In this document: piece by piece, positions 16,742 through 26,965 of the stretch
How positions within the stretch are numbered: the first letter of the stretch is position 1
Layout: each line of letters begins with the position of its first letter
DNA from: a virus
IMG/VR virus record: IMGVR_UViG_3300011977_000001
Length of the DNA: 64,000 nucleotides
Reading direction: 5' to 3' (one strand)
Translations under genes and position numbers: made by a program
Notes under the pieces: model-generated
The model's database searches: none
What the model saw: only the letters and a program-made list of their open reading frames with translations
What the model was told of the DNA's origin: nothing

Positions 16742-17332
16742 TCAGCCTCCTAATTCTCCTGCGTCATACACAGTGCTCACATCGATCTTCAGATTCTCAA
16801 AGCCTGAGATTTCTGTGGATGCTTCCACCGCATCAGGCGCAATCCAGTTGAAATTGATCGAGTCTACATGAGCGGTCCGACCATACGGGTCTGCTTCCAG
16901 TGCGCCTTTGATCTCACTTCTCAGGATTTCTTCTGCCTCTGCCCTGGACGTTGCTGAGAAAGCCGCTTCTACGTCCACTCCCATCTGATCAGAGTAATCG
17001 TCACACTGGTATCTTGGGGTCGCCAGAGCCTTTTTACACCAGTTCAGCCAGGCTTCGTCAGGCTCACAGATGACAATGTTACCTCCGCCATTGAGAACCA
17101 AATCGGTGTCAAATTTGAGGCCAGGAAGGTATGTTGCCTCGTCTGTCGTTGCGGCATTTGCATCGGAGTTCTCGTCAGCTGCCTCTTCGTCCTCTTCTTC
17201 TAGTTCTTCGATTGCGGCTGCATCTTCCTCGTTCGGTCCAGGGATTAGACCATCACCGCTCTGATCGCTTTCTTCTTCATCTGCGGCATCATCTATCAGC
17301 TCTTCATCCAGAGTTTCATCGTCTTCTCCCAC
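16742..17332 (-). CDS. baseplate protein (XkdS/DUF2634-like) with acidic N-terminal extension
   Basis: The C-terminal ~120 aa fit the XkdS position. The N-terminal ~70 aa are D/E-rich low complexity. Confidence 0.5.
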   Translation of the reverse strand: MGEDDETLDEELIDDAADEEESDQSGDGLIPGPNEEDAAAIEELEEEDEEAADENSDANAATTDEATYLPGLKFDTDLVLNGGGNIVICEPDEAWLNWCKKALATPRYQCDDYSDQMGVDVEAAFSATSRAEAEEILRSEIKGALEADPYGRTAHVDSINFNWIAPDAVEASTEISGFENLKIDVSTVYDAGELGG

Positions 17333-17369
17333 TGCTGCACCTCCTTTTCTCTATTTACCATCGATTTCC

Positions 17370-17621
17370 TCACAGCTTTGCTACGATCACCGGTTCCCCG
17401 GAAGCCCAGCTCACTACGACTCGATTTCCCACTGAGAGTTTGACTCCGGAAGCGGTTGAATAGCCTTTTCTCGGAATCGTAACCCCCAGTGAATCCATCT
17501 TTAGCTTATGACCTGATACTATCACGCCCTGTTCTACGGATACATTGTTGTGGTACGATGCCGTACCATGCATCCGCTTTGAAAGAATCTGGGCAAGCCT
17601 GGTCGTTCCTTTCGAAACCAT
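17370..17621 (-). CDS. small baseplate/spike-associated protein (XkdR-like)
   Basis: 83-aa ORF between the XkdQ-like and XkdS-like genes. Confidence 0.5.
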   Translation of the reverse strand: MVSKGTTRLAQILSKRMHGTASYHNNVSVEQGVIVSGHKLKMDSLGVTIPRKGYSTASGVKLSVGNRVVVSWASGEPVIVAKL

Positions 17622-17647
17622 TTTCTTCTCCTTTCCAGCATTTCAGC

Positions 17648-18901
17648 TTATCGATAAAGCACAAATACTTCGCCAGGATAGATTTTGTCGATATTTCCAC
17701 CACTCCACTTATTCAATGTTGCAGCATTGTTCCTCTTGAACTTGCTGAAGTCAGCCGTTGTTGGGTAACGTCCTAAGAATTTTCTCAGGATCCCTGTTAC
17801 GGTGTCTCCGCTCTTTACCTTGTATTTGACTCCCTTGCCTTTGTTCGAGTTCTTTTTCTTTGAGGTCTTTTTGCTAGACTTCTTTGCGGACGGTCCTGTA
17901 ATTCCTGTTGCACTGCAGGTCTCTATATCCATCTCCTGCTTATCGGCATTGTGTTCTATATCCGTGATGATCTGGTATCCGTGGAACGTATCGGTTTTGA
18001 GGTATATCCGATCTCCCCTTTTCACCATCGGAATGTCAATGCAGGTGATCGTTCCGGTCTTCTTCGGTTTCGACTTCTCTTTCAGAATATAATTTGCCTC
18101 TTTCGTGGCCTTTTTCTTAGAAGTCTTTTTATCCTTGCTGATTTCATCTTGCAGCCGGCCATAGATTTTTACATTTTTCTTGACCGTCTTAACGATTTTC
18201 GGCTTTCCGCTTTTCGATGCCGGTCCCTGGATAACGACCTGAGTCACGACTTCATCCATCGTGGTTTCCATCTCGACTTTTACGGCGTTTTCCTTCTTCT
18301 TGATGTTGTAAATTGTGGCATTTGTACCGGTTCCGGTTACATGAAGCGTATTGCCTTTGAAGTAAATTTCGTACTTCTTCCCGGTCTGCTTCTTTACTTC
18401 ATCCAAAAAGTCCAGGAAAGTATCTGACAGGCACTTTGACCGGATTGCCCGTTTGTCGTGTTTGATCGATTTGTAATTGTAGGAAAGTCCGATTCCCCAC
18501 TTCTTACACATCTTCTTGAAGATACTCTTTGTCTGTCCGCCCAGATACCATGATGCCTTGCTCTTCTGCAAATAGATAGCGTAGTCGTAAATCAGAATCT
18601 GAAGAACATTTTCATCTGACTCAGATATTTTTACTGTCCATACCAGGCCCCTCATCTTTTCTTTCGGCCCGGAGCCCACATTGTAATAAACGTAGGCTTT
18701 GCAGTTGACTTTGATAATGTCACTTAGATATTTGCTTCCAACCATCAGGTTCACTAGATCCACCTGGCACTTCTGAGCGATCTGCTTATCTGGCTGCGCT
18801 ACACTGCAATTCATCATTGCATTATCGAGCTTGTAGATTCTTCCACCTGACACCACTTTTACGGTGTATCGTGGGTCTAACATACTTGCCATCAGGCCCA
18901 C
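17648..18901 (-). CDS. baseplate hub protein (XkdQ-like) with C-terminal LysM domain
   Basis: 417-aa ORF. The C-terminus YKVKSGDTVTGILRKFLG...NIDKIYPGEVFVLY is LysM-like. The hub call rests on position after the XkdP-like gene. Confidence 0.6.
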   Translation of the reverse strand: MGLMASMLDPRYTVKVVSGGRIYKLDNAMMNCSVAQPDKQIAQKCQVDLVNLMVGSKYLSDIIKVNCKAYVYYNVGSGPKEKMRGLVWTVKISESDENVLQILIYDYAIYLQKSKASWYLGGQTKSIFKKMCKKWGIGLSYNYKSIKHDKRAIRSKCLSDTFLDFLDEVKKQTGKKYEIYFKGNTLHVTGTGTNATIYNIKKKENAVKVEMETTMDEVVTQVVIQGPASKSGKPKIVKTVKKNVKIYGRLQDEISKDKKTSKKKATKEANYILKEKSKPKKTGTITCIDIPMVKRGDRIYLKTDTFHGYQIITDIEHNADKQEMDIETCSATGITGPSAKKSSKKTSKKKNSNKGKGVKYKVKSGDTVTGILRKFLGRYPTTADFSKFKRNNAATLNKWSGGNIDKIYPGEVFVLYR

Positions 18902-18905
18902 CTCC

Positions 18906-20138
18906 TCACCATCTCAGCTTTGCGTTCTTTTTTAGTTTGCAGGTCTTCTTTCTTCCAAAATTTCCTGCTTTATTCAATGCCTTCTTGTTCTTCTTATAAA
19001 GCGTTTTCCATTTCGAACCATCCTTATAGACGATCTTTGCAAGCTGATAAAGCGTCTGTCCTTTTTTACCTGGATACGGATTAGGCGTTTGCTTCGCAGC
19101 TCTGTGATTCCTGGACCTTGATTTCTGTGAAGTTATGCTAGGAAGTCTGGATGATAACCACTCAATGTCGTAAGTGTAATCACCCATAGGTCCTTTCTTA
19201 TAATTGAATGAGCTCACGTACACATTGCTGCTGAGCATACCATCGATTGTCAGTTTGACCGGCGTTTTATTCACCCGAAACGACTCAATGTTGTTAATGA
19301 TCTCATTCGGAGGAATGAAAGATTCCTCTTGGACCATGAATCCAAGTGGCTGCCAATATGCCGGCAATCTTCCTTCCCATGAGATTTTCTCCTGTTCTTG
19401 CCCATTCGGTATCTGGATTTCTCCCAGCCCGATGATCGTATGCTTTGCGAAAAGCATTGTCGTTTCGACCTTTACCTCAGGCGGTGATACTGGAAAAGGA
19501 AACTTATTGATAACACCGCCTTCAACATGAATCCAGTTAATTCCTGCTTTCGGGTTATAGGTTATGATCCCACTCGGGATCTTTCTTCTGGCTGCTGCCT
19601 CGGCTACGATCTGTGCATCATTCTTTGCGGCCTGCCTCTGAAATGCAGCTCTGATCTTTTGCGCCTTTTTTATCAGTCTCCTTGCTTCAGCTCTCAGGTC
19701 GTTCGCCTGATTCATCGCTTTTGTCCGTCTGGCCTTTGACATCTTTTTCGCCTGGCGAGACATTTCTTCGGCTTGTGCCATTAACGTATCTGCCTGAGTC
19801 ATGTAGGAAATAGCCTGTTTGCTCACATTGTTCCATGACCTTTCAAGCTCCTTCTGGAAACTTGTGTGAAGCACTTGCTTGGAAATGTCTGCGGCCGCTT
19901 TCGCTGCCTTTTTTTGGGCAACCATGATCGGAGTTTTTTTATTTTTCTGAGCGGCTGCGTTTCGTTTAATCTCTCGCTCTTCTCTCCGTTCCTCCTTACC
20001 ATGAGCTCGCATAATAGGATTTTCTATGACCTTCTGAACGGAGGCAGTTCTACGCTTTTTGGCTATTTCTGCCTTCCGCTGCCTGCGATACGCAGTCTGT
20101 ATAGTTTTGCCATTGCCTGCTTTGGCCATTGTAATCAC
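18906..20138 (-). CDS. tail protein with C-terminal LysM-like domain (XkdP-like)
   Basis: 410-aa ORF directly after the tape measure gene. It has a basic coiled-coil N-terminus and a C-terminus GKKGQTLYQLAKIVYKDGSKWKTLYKKNK that resembles LysM. Confidence 0.55.
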   Translation of the reverse strand: MITMAKAGNGKTIQTAYRRQRKAEIAKKRRTASVQKVIENPIMRAHGKEERREEREIKRNAAAQKNKKTPIMVAQKKAAKAAADISKQVLHTSFQKELERSWNNVSKQAISYMTQADTLMAQAEEMSRQAKKMSKARRTKAMNQANDLRAEARRLIKKAQKIRAAFQRQAAKNDAQIVAEAAARRKIPSGIITYNPKAGINWIHVEGGVINKFPFPVSPPEVKVETTMLFAKHTIIGLGEIQIPNGQEQEKISWEGRLPAYWQPLGFMVQEESFIPPNEIINNIESFRVNKTPVKLTIDGMLSSNVYVSSFNYKKGPMGDYTYDIEWLSSRLPSITSQKSRSRNHRAAKQTPNPYPGKKGQTLYQLAKIVYKDGSKWKTLYKKNKKALNKAGNFGRKKTCKLKKNAKLRW

Positions 20139-20144
20139 CTCCTA

Positions 20145-23100
20145 TTAGCCTGCTGCATACGGTGTGTTCTCATATGCCTGTTCAAGCGCATCTGCCAGGG
20201 CATTCGTAACGATCTCTGTAATCTCCGATGCTCTGCTCTGGACCTGAGATACAACGTCTCCTCCATTTCCATTGATCTGGAATGAGATATTTCCGACTGA
20301 AACGCTCCCGTTTCCTCCGGACTTTGGCTTAGCGTCCGAATTGCCGTTTTCACCATCACTCTTGCTACTCGGCAGCATTCCTCCAACCACGCCGCCGTTT
20401 GCGTGCTTCGAAATTCCCAGTGCGTCCTCTGTCTGAGACAGAAGTTCGAGTGCTCTGGACCTTCTATGCGGTGCGAACGGGATGATCATCTCCGGGTATC
20501 CTTCATCTCCTACCCATGTAAGTTCTGCAGAATCTACCAAACCACCATTCGCTTTCTTCTGCACGCCGCCGACCGTGACAGTTGCAGAACCGGTTCCTCC
20601 GCTTGTAGCTGCTACCGTTGCGGATGCGCTCTGTACATTCAGCTGCGGAACAACCGTAACTGGTACATACACAGTTCCTGCCGCCTGTGCATTAACCGGT
20701 ACCGTTGCGGATACCGGGGTTTCTGCTGCTGCTCTCATTGCTTCAGATACGGAAGTTGCATCGATCATACCAGGTACTCCAGTTGCGTCTACGACCGGAT
20801 TTGCGGTTGTAGTTGTTGAAGATGCCTGAGCAGCCACACTTGCTGCTGCTGACACGGTATCTGCCACTCCTGAAACTCCGCTTGTTACAGTCGGCTGAAG
20901 GGTCATATTGACTGGTTTGTCCACGTTTACAGGTTCACCGGCTGATTCCTGAACGGTGCTTTGAAGCTGTGTATTGTCTACACTTCCAGGTGTCAACTGC
21001 TGATTGACTACTACCTGCTGCGTTGTTTCAGCCGGTGCCACCGTTGTTCCGACTCCAACCATCGTTTCCGGTGCTACTGCTGCCGGCGTTGATTCTTTTA
21101 CAGTTGCTCCGGATGTCGGTGCTTCTGCTGCCTGTGCTGTAATTCCGAATCCAGGTAGTGTAAACCCACTCCACCATCCTTCCAGTCCGGTAACAATGCT
21201 TGACCAGAAACTTTCTTTCATTCCACTAGAAGACGAACTCGGAGCTTTTACTTCCCCACCGGAACCAACACCGACAAGAAGCTGATCTGCCGTTCCGTTT
21301 CCGCCTGCAGAAGTCGTTTTCCCATTTGCCATATCAATGTACTGCTGAAGCTCTGATGTTGCATCTGGGAGCTTACTTGCTTCTTCTTTTGTAAGCGTAT
21401 TGCTTTCTGCCTCTTTAAGTTTTGCATTCACTTCATCGGCGTGTTTTATTAAACCATCCGTATATTCGTCACTGACCTGAGGTATATTTAGAGCCTTTTC
21501 TATCTTTTGTCCTGCTTTTCCAAAGAATCCAACCACTGCCTGTCCAAAGGTCTCAGGTTTTGATGAAATCGTTCTTCCGTTTGAAAGCGTTCCATTTTCG
21601 CCATAGCGAGTCTCAATCATCTCCTGTTTCTTATCGTTCTGGACCGCTCCTGCCCCAGGTTTCTGGTTATTAAGGCCAACTTTTGATCTAATGTTCGCTT
21701 CCATTGTTCCAACATGAGACTTGTTATGCAGCTTATCCTCAGCGCCGTAAATATCTTCCGGTGTATTTTCAACCCACGGCTTCCCGGTAAGGTAATTCGT
21801 CCCAAATGTATGAATACCATTCCCAGTCGGGAGCTCTTTCTTTCCTCCTAATTTTGGCTTTTTCTTCTTTGTTGACTTAATCTGAGGAGAACCAGGTGTG
21901 AACCCTTCTTCAGTTGTTTCACCAGATTTTCCTCCCGAAATTGTGAACTTTTCCCCTGGGAATATCAGGTTAATATCTCCACCACTATATTTATCGAGCA
22001 CTTTCTGGTTTGCTGTCTGGAAGTTCTGAATATCTTCCTTTGTAGGCTCATGTCCCAGCAACTGCCTCAAAATTCCAATAACCGTGTCACCATGCTTTAC
22101 CTCATATTCCTGAGTCTTATCCGTAGTGCCGGTTTTTTCTGATTCTTTTTTGCTAAATTCGTGAGTTGCCTGTTTCTGCAGACCTTTGTATTCCTGGTCA
22201 GTCGTATCTGTCATTGCAAACTTCAATGCTTCTGTGAATGCCTGCTCAACATTTTCATTTCTGAAATAATGATCAGTATCACTCAGGATCTTTCCAACCA
22301 TGTCAACAGCTTCATCGTGATATTGGGAATTTTCATCATTCACGTCCTGAATCAGTCTGAATGCCTGCTGCTGGACCATAGCGTTGCTATAGCCTGCTGC
22401 TGCCATAATTTCAATCCCGCTCTTATAGCTCTCCATCATGCTCTGCGGAACTTCCATTCCTTCGGTTTTCATCTGGTTTATCGAAGTCTTGACTTCATCG
22501 ACCCATCCTGCGATTGATGCTCCGTAATCCTGTGCTGATGCCTGAAGCCCAGAATACTGCTTATTCCGATTCAGCTGCAGATTCATTGCTTCGCCAATCG
22601 ACTGAGTTCCCGTTCCAACTGCCGTGAATGTAGTTGCATCGTTTTCCAGGTTACTCATAGCTTTGTACCATGAGTCTGCATTATTGATATAAGAGCCAAG
22701 GTCGCTGCCGAGTGCATCATCGATCATACCGTTCAGCTGCGACAGAGAATCCACACGTTCTCTTGACTGATTGATGAATGTTTGAATATCTGCATTCTTC
22801 GCAAGCTGTGCATATTCATCAGATCCAAGTCCAAAGGCTTTTGCATATCCTAATTTGGCATTCGTTGAAGCAGTCCGGTATTGTTCACTATTTGCCTCAT
22901 CCATCTGTTTGAACGCTTCGGACATTTTCTCTACACTATCTGCATCAAAATTGCCCATAGAAGACACGGAAGCCGCCTTCTGCATACTGCTCTGCATACT
23001 GGTGAACTCGCTAGCAAGCTGCGTAGAATCAGCCACAAACGGAGTCGCCTTTTTAGCGAACTCGTCAAGTGTAATATCGCCTTTAGTATAAGAATCGTAG

Positions 23101-25607
23101 AGGCCCTTTACTTCCTCCTGATTTTTTTCAAGTTTCTCTTTCGTTGACTTGAACTGCTTTGAATATTCAGCGTTTGCCTGTGCTTCCAGGTCTGCAACGT
23201 TGCCTCCCGCACTCTGGAATGTCCCAAAGTTTTCAAGCATTCCTGCACCATAGCTCATTACAGATGAAAGGGAATTATCCATCGCTGACATAACCTGCTG
23301 GCCGTAAGTATCAGCCTGCTCCTGAGTCAGTGAAATTCCGTTCTGCATCTGTGTATTCATCCCTTCAACATTCTGTGCCGAGGTATTTGCCTGGGTGAAA
23401 TAATTCTGTCCTTCAACGATCTGCGAATTACCATGTACGAACGCATTTTGAGTTCCGTACACTTTTTCTACTGCTGAATTTACCTGATCAGTCGTAATTG
23501 AAAGTGTTGCCATATGCCTCTGAGCATAATCCGTTGCTTTCGCATACTCATCAGTTCCTTTCGTCAGGCGCTCCAAGCTCTTATTTGTGTCTTCTGCGTG
23601 TCTCTTCAGCTCATTACCCATGAACAAACTGATAAGTCCACCAGTAGCAGCGCCAAACAGAGCTCCAAGCGGTCCTGCGACTGCGCCTGCTGCTGCTCCG
23701 ACACCTACCGCTCCGAGTCTTGACCAACCAGAAGTTTTTGTCGCTCTTTTCTGAATTTCTGTATTCTGTTTCGATGCAGTTACCAGGTCCTTAATTCCAC
23801 CTGCCACTGCCAATGCTGCGACTGAAAATGCTGCTGCGTTTGCTACTGGAATCCCTGCATGTGGTTTTGGTGCGGTCAAGAAGCGATCAATGTCATAGAT
23901 GTTGTCACCCTCATCTACTAACCCACCATGAGCTGTGCTAAGAGCACTCACACGTCCCAGTGCAGCTGCGTATCTTTCCATTCCAGTAGCTGCTGTTGTT
24001 ACGTTTGCTACACCACCGCCTGTAAAGATGTTTCCTAATCCCTTGCCGCCAAACAATCCACTGAGAGTTTTGATTCCGCCCATCAGGTTCTTTCCACCGA
24101 ACCCGAGCAGTAACCCGTTTAGAATTGAAGTTCCGCTTAATTTTCCATCAACAAGGGAACTAAATACGCTTTTAAGCGCATTTGCAATCGAATCAGCAAT
24201 CGCTTTTGCAACCCCGGAACCATCAAATCCGTGAAGGAATCCCTGTGCAAATCCAGCTCCGATTGTTGTAGCTTGATTTGCAAGCTCCATATCTCCAGAA
24301 TTTAATCCGAAGATTCCTTTCATGATCGTAGAAAGTCCGCTTCCGATGTCCTCTCCAAGAGCATTTGCCTTTCCGATAAACAGGTCATGTCCTTTTGTAT
24401 CCCACCACTTGCTTAACGGATCTCCGATAACAGTGTCCCATGCGATCTTGAATTTCCCAAGAAGGTCAGCATTCTGAAATTCCTGGCTATTCATGACTGA
24501 GTTAAGATCCTGGATTCGATCAACAAGCCCAGCAAAAGCCTTATCCATGAAAGCGATTGCCTGCGGTCTGATCTGCCCGACAAAATTTCCGAGTGTTTCT
24601 CCAACTTCTTTCAGCGGTCCCTTTACAGTGTTCAAGTCTGTCTTATAAGCAAGCAGGAACTCATGTGCCTGGCCGGCCAAAGACTTCTGATCGTCAGACG
24701 CACCGATCAATGCTTCGCCAATTTTTGCGTAAGCTGCATGAATGTTGTCGATAACACCGGTGATAGTTGCATCACCCATTGCCTGAGCTGCTCCGTGAAT
24801 GTTTTCTTCTACGGCTGCTTGCAGCTGGGTAATGCCAATTTCACCATTCTTCGCCATAGCGGTTATCTGGTCTTCAGTTGTTCCCATCGTTTTGGCGAGC
24901 CACTGATAAACTGGGAGACCTCTTTCAGCTAACCTTTGCAGAGTATCGTTCTGCGCTTTACCGGTAGTTACGACTGCATTCATGATATTTCCCATATCAC
25001 CCATCGAAGTACCAGCAATACCAGCCAGGTCTGCAATATCTACCAGATATTTTTCTAGGTCTTTACCAGGTTTCAGCCCTGCTGCAACTGCTGATGCTGC
25101 TGCTGTGACTGCCTCATCGAGTCCGTATGCAGTACCATTAACAGCTGCCAGCGCATTATTCGAGATTTCGGTGATCGCTTCCGCAGAGTTTCCAAGACCT
25201 TTCAGCTTTGCTTTTGCTTTATCAATGTTGACGACACGGGACCAGCCTCTTGTTAGCATTTCATTGCCAAGTCCTTTTAGCTGTCCAAGTACCATCTGAA
25301 GAGGCTGAGTGACTTTATCCAGTATTTCAATACCAAACTTGATTGTGCCAATCCCAGATAGAGTTTTAACCCCACGCATGATTGTATCTAGCTTTTTCGA
25401 TGCATTGTCCTGAATGTCAAAAGAAGCCTGCATCTTCCCACCGTTTGGCATGTCAAATAGTGGACTCCCATTCAGAGAGTTCATCATTTTGTTTACTCGC
25501 TGCAAAGATTCTTCCAGTCTGTCAAGGGCCTTAGCAGATGCCTCAATTTGTGGAGACATGTTGTCCTGATAATTTGTCCTTACATCGATGATGATTGTTT
25601 CAGCCAT
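20145..25607 (-). CDS. tail tape measure protein (1820 aa) with an internal LysM domain
   Basis: This is the longest ORF and follows the chaperone gene. AAAGGAG serves as SD. Composition is helical and Gly/Ala-rich, and the LysM-like segment YEVKHGDTVIGILRQLLG...LIFPGEKFTI lies at about 21940..22113. Confidence 0.9.
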   Translation of the reverse strand: MAETIIIDVRTNYQDNMSPQIEASAKALDRLEESLQRVNKMMNSLNGSPLFDMPNGGKMQASFDIQDNASKKLDTIMRGVKTLSGIGTIKFGIEILDKVTQPLQMVLGQLKGLGNEMLTRGWSRVVNIDKAKAKLKGLGNSAEAITEISNNALAAVNGTAYGLDEAVTAAASAVAAGLKPGKDLEKYLVDIADLAGIAGTSMGDMGNIMNAVVTTGKAQNDTLQRLAERGLPVYQWLAKTMGTTEDQITAMAKNGEIGITQLQAAVEENIHGAAQAMGDATITGVIDNIHAAYAKIGEALIGASDDQKSLAGQAHEFLLAYKTDLNTVKGPLKEVGETLGNFVGQIRPQAIAFMDKAFAGLVDRIQDLNSVMNSQEFQNADLLGKFKIAWDTVIGDPLSKWWDTKGHDLFIGKANALGEDIGSGLSTIMKGIFGLNSGDMELANQATTIGAGFAQGFLHGFDGSGVAKAIADSIANALKSVFSSLVDGKLSGTSILNGLLLGFGGKNLMGGIKTLSGLFGGKGLGNIFTGGGVANVTTAATGMERYAAALGRVSALSTAHGGLVDEGDNIYDIDRFLTAPKPHAGIPVANAAAFSVAALAVAGGIKDLVTASKQNTEIQKRATKTSGWSRLGAVGVGAAAGAVAGPLGALFGAATGGLISLFMGNELKRHAEDTNKSLERLTKGTDEYAKATDYAQRHMATLSITTDQVNSAVEKVYGTQNAFVHGNSQIVEGQNYFTQANTSAQNVEGMNTQMQNGISLTQEQADTYGQQVMSAMDNSLSSVMSYGAGMLENFGTFQSAGGNVADLEAQANAEYSKQFKSTKEKLEKNQEEVKGLYDSYTKGDITLDEFAKKATPFVADSTQLASEFTSMQSSMQKAASVSSMGNFDADSVEKMSEAFKQMDEANSEQYRTASTNAKLGYAKAFGLGSDEYAQLAKNADIQTFINQSRERVDSLSQLNGMIDDALGSDLGSYINNADSWYKAMSNLENDATTFTAVGTGTQSIGEAMNLQLNRNKQYSGLQASAQDYGASIAGWVDEVKTSINQMKTEGMEVPQSMMESYKSGIEIMAAAGYSNAMVQQQAFRLIQDVNDENSQYHDEAVDMVGKILSDTDHYFRNENVEQAFTEALKFAMTDTTDQEYKGLQKQATHEFSKKESEKTGTTDKTQEYEVKHGDTVIGILRQLLGHEPTKEDIQNFQTANQKVLDKYSGGDINLIFPGEKFTISGGKSGETTEEGFTPGSPQIKSTKKKKPKLGGKKELPTGNGIHTFGTNYLTGKPWVENTPEDIYGAEDKLHNKSHVGTMEANIRSKVGLNNQKPGAGAVQNDKKQEMIETRYGENGTLSNGRTISSKPETFGQAVVGFFGKAGQKIEKALNIPQVSDEYTDGLIKHADEVNAKLKEAESNTLTKEEASKLPDATSELQQYIDMANGKTTSAGGNGTADQLLVGVGSGGEVKAPSSSSSGMKESFWSSIVTGLEGWWSGFTLPGFGITAQAAEAPTSGATVKESTPAAVAPETMVGVGTTVAPAETTQQVVVNQQLTPGSVDNTQLQSTVQESAGEPVNVDKPVNMTLQPTVTSGVSGVADTVSAAASVAAQASSTTTTANPVVDATGVPGMIDATSVSEAMRAAAETPVSATVPVNAQAAGTVYVPVTVVPQLNVQSASATVAATSGGTGSATVTVGGVQKKANGGLVDSAELTWVGDEGYPEMIIPFAPHRRSRALELLSQTEDALGISKHANGGVVGGMLPSSKSDGENGNSDAKPKSGGNGSVSVGNISFQINGNGGDVVSQVQSRASEITEIVTNALADALEQAYENTPYAAG

Positions 25608-25802
25608 GGTGCAAGTCTCCGCTCCTTTTCATCGAAATTTTGCACAATCATAAGTGTTCATGTAGCTTATCCTCTAACGCTTTAAGGGTTGAGGCTATTA
25701 AAAAAGCACGTTCCCCTGGTGTTCGGGTAAAGAACCATGACGGCTCTTTACCCTGCCACTGCCAAATGTAGTGCAATACCGTTGCTAGGGAACTGTGCTC
25801 AA

Positions 25803-26351
25803 TCAGTTTTTTGCGTAATCTGTGAGGTCAACGTCATATCCGGAAAGCTGATCGATTGCATCAGATACTGCGTTCTTCCATCCGCCCGGAAGAAGAATAT
25901 CGACTGCTTCCCATCCTTCGAAAAGGTCAAACTTCTTCTTGATCGCCGGGTTGTCCCAGATTTTCTCACGATCCTCATCGATCGTTGCCTCATAAATCTT
26001 ACGAGACTTGAACTGCGGCCAGTTGACTTCGGTCTCGATCTTCGGAAGATTCTTGCCGGCCGGGTTTCTTGCGTACTTTGCAGATGCCTTTCTAATCTGA
26101 AGCACTTCATCCTCCGAAAGAGGTCTGATCGTAAACTCAAAGAGGAATTTACCATCACGTTTGATCTCAATCTTCTGGCGGCTGGACTCGTCCTCCTTAT
26201 AGTCAGCTGCTTCAAGCAGGGACTTTACCAGGTCGTACTGCTTGTCCTCCACGTTCTCCGGAAGTCCGTTCTTATCAACAAACTCTTCTTCGAGCTCCTG
26301 GTCCTTCTGCTCCACGTTCTCATCTGCAACCGTAGTAGTCTTCTTATTCAT
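25803..26351 (-). CDS. tail assembly chaperone (XkdN-like), zero-frame product
   Basis: 182-aa acidic ORF between the tube and tape measure genes. It ends in the slippery heptamer A_AAA_AAC. Confidence 0.7.
   Translation of the reverse strand: MNKKTTTVADENVEQKDQELEEEFVDKNGLPENVEDKQYDLVKSLLEAADYKEDESSRQKIEIKRDGKFLFEFTIRPLSEDEVLQIRKASAKYARNPAGKNLPKIETEVNWPQFKSRKIYEATIDEDREKIWDNPAIKKKFDLFEGWEAVDILLPGGWKNAVSDAIDQLSGYDVDLTDYAKN
25806..25812 (-). promoter_or_regulatory. -1 programmed ribosomal frameshift site (A_AAA_AAC); the -1 frame stays open for 52 more codons, to 25648
   Basis: The zero frame reads GCA AAA AAC TGA. After a -1 slip the frame reads ...K K LIEHSSLATVLHYIWQWQGKEPSWFFTRTPGERAFLIASTLKALEDKLHEHL and stops at 25650..25648. 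This is the classic G/GT-type arrangement upstream of a tape measure gene. Confidence 0.65.
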
Positions 26352-26495
26352 TTTTTCTCCTTATAGACCAGGCCACCATCGTAGCCCGGCAAGCGGATTC
26401 TAACCGCTTCTGTATGTATGAACCTCAGTTTTTTATTTCGTTTATCTACATCCCCACTCTAAGAGCTGTGCTCAAAGAGCGGAGACGCTTTCTGG

Positions 26496-26951
26496 TTATA
26501 CCAGGCTTGCCAAGTAATCCGGTACGGAGTTGATTCTGAACGAGAACGATCTCTTCAGAATGTCTCCTGGTGTCAGGTTCATCAGGTCGATCGAACCGTC
26601 CGGTACGCAGCGCTTGAATGTCATTCTCTGCTTCTGTCCATCCGGTCTCTCGCAAACGCCAGCAAAATCGAATGTCGGGATCTTACCATCCTTGATTGCA
26701 TCGATGATCGGCTTTGCAACGTACTGATCAGAAATAACTGCCTCAGAGAAAGTCAGGGAGAAGGAAACTCCGGTCGGCACTGCGTAGCTCAGGATTGAGC
26801 CAACAGGCTGATAATCGGTATTGGAAATGCTAGCCTGGACCTGGAAAGTATCAACCTGTGCCATGAAGAAGTCGGTTCCATCTACGTTAATGTACATGAA
26901 ACCGTCCTTCCCACTCATGAGCTGTCTGGTATCAAGAATCTGTCTTGCCAT
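26496..26951 (-). CDS. tail tube protein (XkdM-like)
   Basis: 151-aa ORF directly after the sheath gene. The N-terminus ...SGKDGFMYINVDG..FFMAQVDTFQ is typical of XkdM-type tube proteins. Confidence 0.75.
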   Translation of the reverse strand: MARQILDTRQLMSGKDGFMYINVDGTDFFMAQVDTFQVQASISNTDYQPVGSILSYAVPTGVSFSLTFSEAVISDQYVAKPIIDAIKDGKIPTFDFAGVCERPDGQKQRMTFKRCVPDGSIDLMNLTPGDILKRSFSFRINSVPDYLASLV

Positions 26952-26965
26952 TTATACTTCCCTCC

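Noticed and set aside
20403-25299. Many plus-strand ORFs from the track lie opposite the tape measure gene, for example 20403..20819, 20482..20829, 21004..21285, 23935..24234 and 24982..25299. Similar antisense ORFs occur opposite other long minus-strand genes, for example 33970..34764, 25737..26366, 40589..41143 and 56528..57004.
   Set aside because: They lie entirely inside long, well-supported minus-strand genes. They lack SD sequences and give low-complexity Ser/Pro/Cys/Leu-rich products typical of antisense shadow frames.
25799-26215. A 138-aa minus-strand ORF in an alternative frame inside the tail chaperone gene.
   Set aside because: It overlaps the chaperone ORF completely and gives an Arg/Ser-rich product. 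The real second product of this locus is better explained by the -1 frameshift at 25806..25812.
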